Shown here in pieces: positions 9,081-17,946 of a stretch of 64,000 nt of DNA. Origin of the DNA: a phage. The position numbers and the translations under genes are program-made. How positions within the stretch are numbered: position 1 is the stretch's first letter; every line of letters starts with the position of its first letter. The notes under the pieces were generated by a model that ran no database searches, had not been told where the DNA came from, and saw nothing but the letters and a program-made list of their open reading frames with translations. The stretch is from the sequence record OZ413489.1; one strand, 5' to 3'.

Positions 9081-9406
9081 CAGAAATCATCATTTCAACT
9101 GCAGGGTATGTGTTCCTGACAATCATTGCACTGACTATTTTGGTGACAGTGTATGGGTTTGTTATCCTTCCTATCCTTGAGACATTTAGTTTGTGTCGGT
9201 GTTGGAGAAAAGCTTACGGTCCACAACCATGGAAGGACTGGCCCCACCTGGTGCGCTTAGCGTTCTCTTATGCTTACGATCACTCCAGTAGTGCATGCAT
9301 AACCGGATACCACGCCCACAACTGGAGCTGGGAAGGGTTGAGGAAATGGAATGTTACAAAGACCATACCTCTGCGCATGTACAAACCTAAAAACAAAGAC
9401 AACTGA
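9077..9406 (+). CDS. membrane protein (N-terminal TM helix)
   Basis: Hydrophobic N-terminus IISTAGYVFLTIIALTILVTVYGFVILPIL. Confidence 0.55.
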   Translation: MTEIIISTAGYVFLTIIALTILVTVYGFVILPILETFSLCRCWRKAYGPQPWKDWPHLVRLAFSYAYDHSSSACITGYHAHNWSWEGLRKWNVTKTIPLRMYKPKNKDN

Positions 9407-9419
9407 TACTTGAAAATTC

Positions 9420-9990
9420 TTGGCATATCAAGTATAAGGGGGATTTCTAAAATGGATTTCCTCCTTTTGATATTTCACCGGGCCGGATATTTTAAAATTC
9501 TTAGAAAATCAGAAAATGGATCGAAAACTAAAATGGATTTTTCAGAGTAGGCGCGACAAGCTGAATAACTCATCCTATCGTTTGCACCATATTCCAGGCC
9601 ACCATTATAGATTTCCCACACATGCTAACCTCCCTCTACTAGAACTTCCTCCACTTACCCTTGACCTTCTATGGTAACAATCTAACCGCTATCTTGAAGT
9701 TGCTGTGCAGCTTTCCAGGTACTCGATCTACTTTTCATTTCAGGGCTTGGATTTTCTGAAAATTTTTCTCGATAAATTTCTCAGTACTCGATCTGTTTTT
9801 CGTTTTCTGAATCGGATTTTCTGGAAATCGTTCCGGCTCTCGACCTGAAATTTTTGGGGACGAAATCGATTTTTCGTTTTCAGAAATGGATTTTTAAAAT
9901 TTCTATATGGGAATATTTTATGGGATACTGTTTTATAGGAAATTGTTACGGAGGGTAATTAGCGTGCTAATTAAATTTATTAAATGCGAG
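9420..9990. repeat. ORF-free region of degenerate direct repeats
   Basis: Recurring tactcgatct, ggattttctg, tttcgttttc, aaatggattt motifs; no ORF of 60 aa or more. Confidence 0.6.
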
Positions 9991-10004
9991 GAGTTCTCAT
10001 TTAG

Positions 10005-10225
10005 AATTTTGAATGATAATCATTCTCGTTTGCAGAATAACGGGCAGGCCCGGTGATTGTCTCCCGGCCCCTACTGCCCCGGCTTGTTATTATAGTATCA
10101 CACAGGACAAAGAAAGCAAGGATTTTTTGCATAAATTTTTAAATGATAATGATAACCGTTCTCATTTTATGCAGCGCCCATCCCCGGTGGTTGTCTCCCC
10201 CGTCACCGGTGCCTGCCGTCCTTTC
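10005..10225 (+). repeat. two tandem ~75-nt GC-rich units containing ccggtgRttgtctccc
   Basis: Unit 1 ~10005-10085, unit 2 ~10143-10225; each begins aatgataat and contains a GC hairpin. Confidence 0.6.
10045..10067. repeat. 23-nt inverted-repeat arm, left (ggcaggcccggtgattgtctccc)
   Basis: Exact reverse complement of 17486-17508. Confidence 0.75.
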
Positions 10226-10422
10226 GATAGGTATATCGTGCCACCTGGCGGGGCCGCTGTCAACACTTTTCAAAAAATTTTTCTAACCTGATGCGCTAAC
10301 CGCTGCAACCTGGCGGGGTCAGCCTGGCAGGACCTAACTGACCGGGTAGGAGAGAATGAAGGCTTGTAAACCTGGTGGGCCTATGCTACAGGATAGGTAA
10401 CAATTGAAGAGGAGGTACAAAA

Positions 10423-10590
10423 ATGAAAGGTAATATGATCCCCCTAGAAAATGTAGCTATTAATGACGCTGAGGCTATCGCCCTGGTTGAAAAGGCTATG
10501 GCGGGAGCGTTGGAACATAAAGAAGAGTACGAAAAATGGTGGTTAACCTGGCGGGGGCGGCAGGTGGATTCTATCATAAAAATAATTTAA
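10423..10590 (+). CDS. small hypothetical protein (55 aa)
   Basis: Strong RBS gaggagg; not in ORF track (<60 aa). Confidence 0.45.
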   Translation: MKGNMIPLENVAINDAEAIALVEKAMAGALEHKEEYEKWWLTWRGRQVDSIIKII

Positions 10591-10598
10591 AATAGTCG

Positions 10599-10626
10599 TT
10601 GACAACAAGGTTAATCATGGTATTAT
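10599..10626 (+). promoter_or_regulatory. sigma70-like promoter (aaatagtcgttgaca...tattat)
   Basis: Same upstream motif as promoter at 2010. Confidence 0.5.
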
Positions 10627-10676
10627 TACCCTACAAGGTGAACAACACCGCACTAACCAGTAAAGAGGATAAATTT

Positions 10677-10874
10677 ATGAACGCATACGGGATCAAAGTA
10701 CGTCGCAACACTCGCCAGGTGGTCACCAATCAAGTGATTTGCCGGGTGGATGTAACCATCAACAACGGGCAAGGCCTTTATAAATTTCGTCGCGGTCATA
10801 GCTATACCCTGCAACAGCTTAATCGTTGCGCCCTGACAAAAGGTCAGATCAACCATTGGTTTAATAAAAAATAA
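10677..10874 (+). CDS. hypothetical protein
   Basis: ATG 10677 after gagga RBS; track start 10599 lies in the promoter. Confidence 0.5.
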   Translation: MNAYGIKVRRNTRQVVTNQVICRVDVTINNGQGLYKFRRGHSYTLQQLNRCALTKGQINHWFNKK

Positions 10875-10877
10875 GTA

Positions 10878-10906
10878 TTGACATACAGTCCGACACCAAA
10901 TACACT
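10878..10906 (+). promoter_or_regulatory. sigma70-like promoter (ttgaca-17-tacact)
   Basis: Hexamers upstream of 10939 gene. Confidence 0.5.
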
Positions 10907-10938
10907 AAAAGCACAAAAGACACTAAGAGGATAAAATC

Positions 10939-11337
10939 ATGAAAACCACTACCTTTAATTTTGATAATGCAGACTTTTCTTTTTCTGATGTCAAGAACTG
11001 CCGCCGTGATCGTGGATTTTACAAGGCTTATAATCTGGTGGGCCTGGACGATGACAATAATTTGCACGAAGTAGCTGAGATCCGGTATTATGCCGCCGCC
11101 AGCGGTAACACTAACTACTGCGTTTTTTGGATACACGACAACAAGAACAATAAGTACGGTTATACTGGTGGCAAGGCTAGCGGTCACGGTTATGATAAAG
11201 CCAACGCTGCACTTGAAAGCGCATTAAATGCCATGGGAATCACTGCCGACGGCTGGATCTATGAAGAAGAGTTTTTGGCGGCACTTGCTGCCCACCTGGG
11301 CTATAAAAAGCACATTGTAACATGCGCCCACGAATAA
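10939..11337 (+). CDS. hypothetical protein
   Basis: 132-aa ORF, RBS aagagga. Confidence 0.6.
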   Translation: MKTTTFNFDNADFSFSDVKNCRRDRGFYKAYNLVGLDDDNNLHEVAEIRYYAAASGNTNYCVFWIHDNKNNKYGYTGGKASGHGYDKANAALESALNAMGITADGWIYEEEFLAALAAHLGYKKHIVTCAHE

Positions 11338-11347
11338 AAAAAAAATT

Positions 11348-11376
11348 ATTGACACGCTGCAAAATTCAAGTAAACT
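11348..11376 (+). promoter_or_regulatory. sigma70-like promoter (ttgaca-17-taaact)
   Basis: Hexamers upstream of 11425 gene. Confidence 0.5.
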
Positions 11377-11424
11377 AGGCACAAAAGGCGGGAATGTTTC
11401 CCGCCAACACGAAGGAAAAAGATC

Positions 11425-11820
11425 ATGAATAAAAACGTACGCCGCATCATGAACGAACTGGCAAACGATGAAAAAATTATTGATATGCATTTGGTCAACA
11501 TTTGCCGCCGTTGTGTAACATATAACAACCGCGCCGCAAAAGCGCGTGAGATGAACGCAAAAGGCACCTTAAAGCCCTTTCAGGTGGTTGTAAAATCTAT
11601 GACCAGTGCAGCAGGCCAGGCGCATGACCACAACAACGGGAGCACTAATATTGATCCATCTTACGTAATGAAACGGATCCGGACTTGCAAGAATAAAGAG
11701 CAGGTGTATAACGTCATAGATTGGCTGGACTCCCTGGGTGACGTGGTTTACAATAGGTTTTCTGCAGCTATTGAAATTCAGTTAGACAGGTTGGACGGGA
11801 AAGTACTGAAAACTTACTGA
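11425..11820 (+). CDS. hypothetical protein
   Basis: 131-aa ORF. Confidence 0.6.
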   Translation: MNKNVRRIMNELANDEKIIDMHLVNICRRCVTYNNRAAKAREMNAKGTLKPFQVVVKSMTSAAGQAHDHNNGSTNIDPSYVMKRIRTCKNKEQVYNVIDWLDSLGDVVYNRFSAAIEIQLDRLDGKVLKTY

Positions 11821-11822
11821 GT

Positions 11823-11868
11823 TTATTTTTAGATGGCCTTGACTCCAGGGCCATCAATAAAGTAAACT
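11823..11868 (+). promoter_or_regulatory. conserved promoter-stem-loop module, copy 1
   Basis: ttatttttagatggccttgactccagggccatcaataaagtaaact: 7-bp stem gatggcc/ggccatc enclosing ttgact. Confidence 0.6.
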
Positions 11869-11900
11869 AATCCCAGTTAAGCGAAAAAGGAGGCTTGAAG

Positions 11901-12020
11901 ATGAGCACTACACGCCAGCACACAAAGGTAACTATTATCGTTTGCATCATTGGTTATATCCTGGCGCAAATGTTGATGGGTAGCGCTAACGGTGTCGCAA
12001 AATTTTTCTTAAACTTTTAA
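11901..12020 (+). CDS. small hydrophobic peptide (39 aa)
   Basis: RBS aaaggagg; TM-like IIVCIIGYILAQMLMG; below ORF-track cutoff. Confidence 0.4.
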   Translation: MSTTRQHTKVTIIVCIIGYILAQMLMGSANGVAKFFLNF

Positions 12021-12049
12021 TTGACAAGCTAACTTAGATCAGTATACTA
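12021..12049 (+). promoter_or_regulatory. sigma70-like promoter (ttgaca-17-tatact)
   Basis: Hexamers upstream of 12098 gene. Confidence 0.55.
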
Positions 12050-12097
12050 AACACATAAACGGGAAAACTTCCCAGAACACCAAAAGGAGAAAACATT

Positions 12098-12448
12098 ATG
12101 AATACTTCCATCACTATGACCGCCGAAGAAAAAGCCCTGCAGATCGCCGCTCTGAAAAAACAGATTGCAGAACTTGAAGACAAGATCGACAATTTTGAAA
12201 TCGACGAAGACAAATACGACGATAAATATGATGAATGGTTGGACGAGATCTACGGCGAAATTATGATCGGAAACATTTCTTTTCTTCCGTCGCGTATCCT
12301 CAAGGAGCTAGATCCTATCGCTTACCGCTGCGGATTTAGCGACTACATCGACAGCCTGGATATTGAGGACGATGAAGAATACCAGGAATTGCAGACAGAG
12401 CTTGAAGAAGTGAAAGAAGAGCTTGCAGAACTGGAAGAAAACGAGTAA
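12098..12448 (+). CDS. highly acidic coiled-coil protein
   Basis: 116 aa, Asp/Glu-rich with heptad-like N-terminus. Confidence 0.6.
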   Translation: MNTSITMTAEEKALQIAALKKQIAELEDKIDNFEIDEDKYDDKYDEWLDEIYGEIMIGNISFLPSRILKELDPIAYRCGFSDYIDSLDIEDDEEYQELQTELEEVKEELAELEENE

Positions 12449-12450
12449 GA

Positions 12451-12496
12451 TTATTTTTAGATGGCCTTGACTCCAGGGCCATCAATAAAGTAAACT
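12451..12496 (+). promoter_or_regulatory. conserved promoter-stem-loop module, copy 2
   Basis: Identical to copy 1. Confidence 0.6.
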
Positions 12497-12537
12497 TTAT
12501 ACTGTTAACACTGAACTAATGCATAGGAGTTAAAACC

Positions 12538-12783
12538 ATGGCAGCACTAATCACCAAATATTATGCCCCTACCAACACCAAAAGCGCCCGTATCATGGTA
12601 AAAGGCTTCGGACGTAAAAAGGTTTACACTTGGGATTATTCCCTAGACATGGAAGACAACTACACCAACGCGATGACCGATTTTATTAATGAACTAAATA
12701 AGCAGATCTTAACCAATTATAAGGTGACCGACATCGCCTATGTTGGGGAAGGTGGGATCTGTTTTGTCGGTATTGTCAAATAA
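12538..12783 (+). CDS. hypothetical protein
   Basis: 81-aa ORF. Confidence 0.6.
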   Translation: MAALITKYYAPTNTKSARIMVKGFGRKKVYTWDYSLDMEDNYTNAMTDFINELNKQILTNYKVTDIAYVGEGGICFVGIVK

Positions 12784-12835
12784 GCTGTTTTTTCGGTGGT
12801 CCTGGTGGCAGGGCCATCTATAAAGATAGTTTATT
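12784..12835 (+). promoter_or_regulatory. diverged promoter-stem-loop module
   Basis: gtggtcctggtggcagggccatctataaagatag; same layout, different stem. Confidence 0.4.
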
Positions 12836-12858
12836 AACACCATGAAAGGAGAAAGTAC

Positions 12859-13212
12859 ATGATCAGCGGGGCTAGTTTTATTATTGGCGCTATTGCTACA
12901 GCTTTAATTGTAAACAAGATCCAGGATAAAAAGGAAAGAGGAAGTACCGCCCTTGCAGAATATCCATTTTGGACATTCAACGATAACGAAGATTATATTA
13001 TAAAGTATAAAAATAAAGAAGGTGACCAAGTAACACCGCGACCGATCCCGGCTTACAAGATGCAGGAAACACTATACCGCTTGGAGGCAGGGGGCGCAAA
13101 AATTGTGGACTTTTGGGGATACGATCACACAGATCAGGAAGTTATAAAGCGCCGTATCCGGGCTATTCAGGCCAATATTGAAGTTAGCAAGGGGGGAATA
13201 TATGAAGATTAA
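12859..13212 (+). CDS. membrane-anchored hypothetical protein
   Basis: N-terminal TM helix, 117 aa. Confidence 0.6.
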   Translation: MISGASFIIGAIATALIVNKIQDKKERGSTALAEYPFWTFNDNEDYIIKYKNKEGDQVTPRPIPAYKMQETLYRLEAGGAKIVDFWGYDHTDQEVIKRRIRAIQANIEVSKGGIYED

Positions 13213-13399
13213 TTTTGAGAAAATTGTAAAGCGATCTCATGATTCCGAAGAGCTGCCGGAACGCCGCCAGCGTAACAATAAACTGAATAAGCCAAAAAGA
13301 TTTGGGAAGATCTGGCGGAATCATTATGATCGTAAATTGCCGGGCCTCCTTTTGGAACGTGAACGGCAGGCGGAACGATACCGCCACAAAGGCAACTAA
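13202..13399 (+). CDS. small basic protein
   Basis: ATG 13202; Lys/Arg-rich. Confidence 0.4.
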   Translation: MKINFEKIVKRSHDSEELPERRQRNNKLNKPKRFGKIWRNHYDRKLPGLLLERERQAERYRHKGN

Positions 13400-13406
13400 C
13401 AACCAA

Positions 13407-13434
13407 CGCCCCGCCATCGTGCGGGGCTTTTTAT
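13407..13434 (+). terminator. intrinsic terminator
   Basis: gccccgc-loop-gcggggc followed by tttttatt. Confidence 0.65.
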
Positions 13435-13556
13435 TTCTACCCTACGAATAGCGCCCCTGGTTGGCCCCACAACGCCCTAAAAGCCCCCTACCCATGCAAT
13501 CCCATTTCTTAACCTGAAAACATCGTCAAAGGCTGTTTTAAAGCGTTAAAAATATT

Positions 13557-13584
13557 GTTGACATCTAAAATATTCTAGATATAC
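13557..13584 (+). promoter_or_regulatory. sigma70-like promoter (ttgaca-16-tatact)
   Basis: Hexamers upstream of 13621 gene. Confidence 0.55.
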
Positions 13585-13620
13585 TAATCACATCAAAGCG
13601 AGAAGTAAGGAGTAAACGCC

Positions 13621-13881
13621 ATGCGTAAATTAAAAAATTTTGATAAAGTTGATATTGTCCTGAATAATTTTTACTACTGCAATAACAAGGCCGTTTGGTG
13701 GCGTGATAGTTCCACCGATAAAGTCAAGGCGCGCTTTCTCCAGGGGCACTGGCAAGGCCGCCCAGTGATTAAAATCATGGGGCAATTGGTAGCGTTTAAA
13801 AATTGCCGCCGTGTTGATGACGTTGAAGAGATTTTAAACATTTTGCGCCACAATAATTTAAAAAATAGTGTTGACAAGTAA
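13621..13881 (+). CDS. hypothetical protein
   Basis: 86-aa ORF, RBS aaggag. Confidence 0.55.
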   Translation: MRKLKNFDKVDIVLNNFYYCNNKAVWWRDSSTDKVKARFLQGHWQGRPVIKIMGQLVAFKNCRRVDDVEEILNILRHNNLKNSVDK

Positions 13882-13898
13882 ATCTCAATAAGTATAAT
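13871..13898 (+). promoter_or_regulatory. sigma70-like promoter (ttgaca-16-tataat)
   Basis: Consensus hexamers; overlaps 3' end of previous ORF. Confidence 0.55.
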
Positions 13899-13955
13899 TA
13901 AAAACACAGGCGGGAAAACTTCCCGCCACTAACAAAGAAAACAGGAGAAAATATC

Positions 13956-14579
13956 ATGACCACCGTTAACATTACCACAGGTTACAATTTATCTTTCGAC
14001 GTGCTGACCGACGAACAAAAAGAAAAAGCCGTGGAAATGGTCCGCGAAAGAGAAGAACACAGCGGGGATAACTTTTTTGCAGAAAGTGTAATTGAGTACT
14101 ATAAAGAATATGTTTTTCCAGAGTACGGCCTTGAAGATACCGATGTACATTGGTCAGGCTTTTGGTGCCAGGGTGACGGCGCGTCAATCAGTGCGGAAAA
14201 CGTGGATTTAGAAAAATTCTTGCGTAAAGTCAAGTCTCTGACTAAATTCCGCTCAATTCGTCACTTGTTCGGCACAATGCACGATGGCGAGTTATCCGCA
14301 AGTGTTGAGCGTGATCCATATAGCCGCTATAGTCACGAAAACACTGTAAACGGATACATCGATACTACATGGCTAGACCTGACCACCAAACAAGAAAACA
14401 AAGTGGAAGATCTGGAAGAGCTGATCACCGAGACGGTACGGGAGTTATCCCGCAAGGTTTACGTAGACCTGGAGGAGGCCTATCTTGAACAATTCACCGC
14501 CGAAAACTTGATCGGCCTTATCGAGGCCAATGATTGGCGGTTTGATGTCGATGAACACGGTAAGATGACTTTTTCATAA
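13956..14579 (+). CDS. hypothetical protein
   Basis: 207-aa ORF. Confidence 0.65.
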   Translation: MTTVNITTGYNLSFDVLTDEQKEKAVEMVREREEHSGDNFFAESVIEYYKEYVFPEYGLEDTDVHWSGFWCQGDGASISAENVDLEKFLRKVKSLTKFRSIRHLFGTMHDGELSASVERDPYSRYSHENTVNGYIDTTWLDLTTKQENKVEDLEELITETVRELSRKVYVDLEEAYLEQFTAENLIGLIEANDWRFDVDEHGKMTFS

Positions 14580-14667
14580 ATAAAGTGTTGCAATAACCTA
14601 AAAACCTGCTATATTAAAACTCAAGGGGCAAGACGTTTGCCCCACACAAAACAAAGAGGTAAACATT

Positions 14668-15048
14668 ATGAAAAACACTACTAAAGCTATTGACACCGTT
14701 ATGTTTAACCTGGTTACATTCCGTGAAGATATGAAAGATCTTCCACGTGAAACAGTGTGCGATCACATTGAAAACTATCGCAAACTAATCAAAGAGTTGC
14801 CTTTAAAACGTGACCAGTATGCGGCTAACGCTATGCTTAACGCCATGATCAAAAAGATGATTCAGTGTGATTTAACTCTGGCCTATGATTATGCAGGTGG
14901 TCGTTTTGCAGTATACAATCAGCCCGTGCCTGGTATGAGCACCACCGAAGAATTGCACGCGTTAAATCTGAAACAAGATGTATGGGATAACATGCCCCGC
15001 GTGGTGGTGTGGGCAGAAAGCGGAAAGATTTACGGCGATAATTTTTAA
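14668..15048 (+). CDS. hypothetical protein
   Basis: 126-aa ORF. Confidence 0.6.
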   Translation: MKNTTKAIDTVMFNLVTFREDMKDLPRETVCDHIENYRKLIKELPLKRDQYAANAMLNAMIKKMIQCDLTLAYDYAGGRFAVYNQPVPGMSTTEELHALNLKQDVWDNMPRVVVWAESGKIYGDNF

Positions 15049-15112
15049 TCAGGTAACAGGCGGCATATTTGCCGCCTTATTGTTAAACAGAACTGCAAAA
15101 GAGGTACATAGA

Positions 15113-15484
15113 ATGGAATTTATTATTTTGGCTGTAGTAGTTGCCTTGTTCAACGCCTGGATCGCTGGCAAGATAGGTAGATCCGCTTTTCTATGGTTTG
15201 TTATATCTATTTTCCTGGGAGTGGTTGCAACTATTGTATTGGTTATCCTTGCAATTGTTGACAAGGGCGATAATAGAAAGGGTAAAGTGTTTTCCGACCT
15301 GTATGACGCACAAACGTTTGTCAACGCCTATTATAGTGATCTTCCAGTCTCCCTACGCTGCAGCCTGGCACAACAGGTTTTTGATGAGGCTAAAACCAGA
15401 GACCAAGCCCATGAGATATGTTTAACTGAAGCGGATCGCCTATTTGAGAGGAATAGAAAATATGTGGACCAGCCGTTTAAATAA
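15113..15484 (+). CDS. membrane protein (two TM helices)
   Basis: ATG 15113 after aagagg RBS; hydrophobic N-terminal half. Confidence 0.55.
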   Translation: MEFIILAVVVALFNAWIAGKIGRSAFLWFVISIFLGVVATIVLVILAIVDKGDNRKGKVFSDLYDAQTFVNAYYSDLPVSLRCSLAQQVFDEAKTRDQAHEICLTEADRLFERNRKYVDQPFK

Positions 15485-15683
15485 CGCCACGTTAATTAAT
15501 CCCTTTAGTGAAGATTTGAAGCCAGCCGCCTGGCGTGACGGATTCAATAACGAACGCTTTATTTTCAGGCCTGATCTTGAGGAATTTTATAACAATGGAT
15601 CGAACAACAGCGGAGATAATTTTTCTTGTGGTGTGCGTGGTGATAGGACTCCTGGGGGCCATTGTAAACCACGTCACTACTAA
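15462..15683 (+). CDS. hypothetical protein (alternative: overlapping frame 15535..15720 with a TM segment)
   Basis: Two overlapping frames; neither resolvable from sequence alone. Confidence 0.3.
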   Translation: MWTSRLNNATLINPFSEDLKPAAWRDGFNNERFIFRPDLEEFYNNGSNNSGDNFSCGVRGDRTPGGHCKPRHY

Positions 15684-15703
15684 CAGGAGGGAAGGGGGAG
15701 ACG

Positions 15704-15823
15704 ATGACAACCAAAGATAAGCCATGCGCTGATAAGGTGCGCCGTGTTATGGTATGGCTTGAGATTATCGCCCTTGAAATATTGTTAGGCGTAGGGATGT
15801 ACTTTATCGCTGTAAGTAACTAA
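15704..15823 (+). CDS. small membrane peptide (39 aa)
   Basis: RBS aggaggg; hydrophobic core; terminator immediately downstream. Confidence 0.4.
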   Translation: MTTKDKPCADKVRRVMVWLEIIALEILLGVGMYFIAVSN

Positions 15824-15825
15824 GA

Positions 15826-15856
15826 GCGGCCCCCGATCATGGGGGCCTATCTTTTA
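15826..15856 (+). terminator. intrinsic terminator
   Basis: ggccccc-gatcat-gggggcc followed by T-run. Confidence 0.65.
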
Positions 15857-15961
15857 AAAAATTTTTCTTCCGGGGTGTTGCAATCCGGTCCGGAATGTGG
15901 ATAATAACAATCAACGGGGAGCTAATCCCCACCACCACAAAAACCAGAAAGGAGAAACAAA

Positions 15962-16162
15962 ATGAGCAACAATATCCGCGTTATTAACTTCAAAAAAGAA
16001 GAAAAAATTGCCGTGCTGATTGACGGTCAAGAAATCTTCAAGGGCGACTATGAAGATCATCAAACGGCGATTAGTATCACTCGCGTGATTGGTTATCATA
16101 ATTTCTACCCCCAAGGCGCTGAGGCAGCAGTTAAACGAATCAAAGAGATTGTAGGCCTGTAA
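15962..16162 (+). CDS. hypothetical protein
   Basis: 66-aa ORF, RBS aaaggagaaa. Confidence 0.6.
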   Translation: MSNNIRVINFKKEEKIAVLIDGQEIFKGDYEDHQTAISITRVIGYHNFYPQGAEAAVKRIKEIVGL

Positions 16163-16165
16163 AAT

Positions 16166-16210
16166 TTATTTTTAGATGGCCTTGACTTCAGGGCCATCGA
16201 TAAAGTAAAT
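16166..16210 (+). promoter_or_regulatory. conserved promoter-stem-loop module, copy 3
   Basis: tttatttttagatggccttgacttcagggccatcgataaagtaaat. Confidence 0.6.
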
Positions 16211-16255
16211 TTAAACCCTGTTAAAATACCACGCAGTTAACAAGGAGTGATAGAC

Positions 16256-16555
16256 ATGTTTATCCAGGCTAATAATCTTTATTTCTTTGATGGTCAGATC
16301 GTAGATGGTGTGGAAGTGGAGATCACCGGGTGCCCTGGCGGTCAGGCTATGACTTTTCGGAATAATGCCTTTGATGATTCTCATATCGTTATAAGAATGG
16401 AAGTTACGAAGCTGGACGACAAGAAAACACTTATTGACTATTCTGTGAAAGATCATCCAGACTACCGCATGATCCATGGTGATTTGTGCATTGTTGACCG
16501 TGACAAGGTGGGCGGCATTGTGATCGCTATTGTGAACGATGTTTTCTCAAACTAA
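16256..16555 (+). CDS. hypothetical protein
   Basis: ATG 16256 after aaggag RBS. Confidence 0.6.
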   Translation: MFIQANNLYFFDGQIVDGVEVEITGCPGGQAMTFRNNAFDDSHIVIRMEVTKLDDKKTLIDYSVKDHPDYRMIHGDLCIVDRDKVGGIVIAIVNDVFSN

Positions 16556-16572
16556 TTTCAGCAGGCGATTTT

Positions 16573-16923
16573 ATGAAAGTCAAACTATATTACCTTAATG
16601 AGCTTAACCCCCTTGCCCAGGTCCGCGCCCTAGCTAATACCTTGATTTGTGAGAAATCTGTATATTGTGTTGAGCTTAACGCCATGCGTGAACGTCTCAA
16701 AGGTGGTTACTTTGACATCCATGCTGCAATCAACGGCCTGAATATGGAATTTATACGCTTACGTAACAGCCGCCGGAATCTGGCAAGAATGGAACAAGAT
16801 CCGGCCCACCTTCGTAAACTGGTTATTGAAAATCATCTGATGTTTAATGCCGAGGGGGATTATTACCATTTTCACCGCAAACGCTGGTACCGTGGCGGCA
16901 ATACAGGCAAGAATGCAAAATAA
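16573..16923 (+). CDS. hypothetical protein
   Basis: 116-aa ORF. Confidence 0.6.
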   Translation: MKVKLYYLNELNPLAQVRALANTLICEKSVYCVELNAMRERLKGGYFDIHAAINGLNMEFIRLRNSRRNLARMEQDPAHLRKLVIENHLMFNAEGDYYHFHRKRWYRGGNTGKNAK

Positions 16924-16957
16924 GGCCCCTAGCAGGGCCTGCAGCAATATAATCACA

Positions 16958-16992
16958 TAAAGGCCATGCGGTTGCATGGCCTTTATTATTTT
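16958..16992 (+). terminator. intrinsic terminator
   Basis: aggccatgc-ggtt-gcatggcct followed by ttattatttt. Confidence 0.6.
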
Positions 16993-17048
16993 GGCGTTAC
17001 AACGGCATACGGGGCGCTTAAAAAATTTTTAAAGAAGTACTTGCATCA

Positions 17049-17530
17049 TTCCCGACAATATGGATAATAAGAGTTGTCGAGGGGGAGGCCCCCAATCGTT
17101 GACCAGATAGATAGGAGTTAAAATCATGGCTATTGTTACCGCTGGCTATCTTCAAAGATGCGGAAGCAAAACAACGCCGGATCTCAATACATGAGATCAT
17201 CAACCTTAACGCTGGAGGCACACCATACCGCCCAGGACCTGGCCGTGAGATGGACAATACGCTAGCGATCCTGAAGATACGCCGTAAACGGTCCTCCCTT
17301 ACTCTGGACTCATTACACACAATGCAGCCTCCGTTCCAGGTGACCGGGAAACGGATCGCCAGGTCCTGGACAAAGGCCAATGATCGGACCGTATAAATAA
17401 AAGTGTTTTGGTACTGATTTTGGGGTTGACTTGTTCGGCCCCTTTTGCTATTCTTATTAAACGGGCGGCACTTGGGAACAGGGGGAGACAATCACCGGGC
17501 CTGCCTGTCATATAAGAACTATAAAAACCG
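17049..17530 (+). other. promoter-driven GC-rich leader region: candidate 22-aa leader ORF or structured RNA
   Basis: ttgcat-16-gataat promoter at 17049-17076; 22-aa ORF at 17126 with aggag RBS; both long ORFs here look non-protein-like. Confidence 0.35.
17486..17508. repeat. 23-nt inverted-repeat arm, right
   Basis: ggagacaatcaccgggcctgcc is the reverse complement of 10045-10067. Confidence 0.75.
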
Positions 17531-17559
17531 TTGACATCTGCCATGGGGTGGGGTAACAT
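17531..17559 (+). promoter_or_regulatory. sigma70-like promoter (ttgaca-17-taacat)
   Basis: Hexamers upstream of 17614 gene. Confidence 0.5.
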
Positions 17560-17613
17560 TTATCTTGAAGGGGCAAAAGTGCCCACACAACAACCAAGAG
17601 AGAGGAAAACACT

Positions 17614-17886
17614 ATGTCAAACTGGATTAATCAAGAAGTCGAATCACGTTTTAATGCTATTTGGGATCTCATCGAAAAAGAAGACGGCACATCAAGCCCC
17701 TACCTCAACAATTTGGAATTCCATTTTGTGGAAGCGATGAACGCAGAACATGATCACGAAGGTGGCGCGGATGAGTTCGCTAAAGGTTATGGCTTTAACA
17801 ATGCCAACGAAATGATCGAGGCGGTAGTACTCCAGGCTGAGGAAGATTATCAACTAAAAACGCTTGAATTCTGCCGCCGCAAGTAA
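17614..17886 (+). CDS. hypothetical protein
   Basis: 90-aa ORF, RBS agagagga. Confidence 0.6.
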   Translation: MSNWINQEVESRFNAIWDLIEKEDGTSSPYLNNLEFHFVEAMNAEHDHEGGADEFAKGYGFNNANEMIEAVVLQAEEDYQLKTLEFCRRK

Positions 17887-17946
17887 TAAGATAATGACAC
17901 GGGCCAAAAGGCCCACTAATCAGAACCGCACAAAGAGGTAAACATC

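Noticed and set aside
10013-10291. 92-aa + strand ORF spanning the GC-rich tandem units
   Set aside because: No RBS, translation is low-complexity (GRPGDCLPAPTAP), and it coincides exactly with the repeat units; more likely non-coding.
15535-15720. 61-aa ORF with a TM-like segment overlapping 15462..15683
   Set aside because: Cannot choose between the two overlapping frames from sequence alone; reported under the 15462..15683 feature at low confidence.
17018-17491. 157-aa minus-strand ORF and overlapping 87-aa + strand ORF (17133..17396)
   Set aside because: Minus ORF is antisense to the block, Pro/Arg/Ser-rich and lacks an RBS. The + ORF starts with TTG and no convincing RBS. The region is GC-atypical and carries the inverted-repeat arm; kept only as a possible 22-aa leader ORF or structured RNA.
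10045-17508. Inverted repeats as gix/hix-type invertase sites
   Set aside because: No serine-recombinase gene found in the window, so inversion is not supported here; retained as an open hypothesis in findings.
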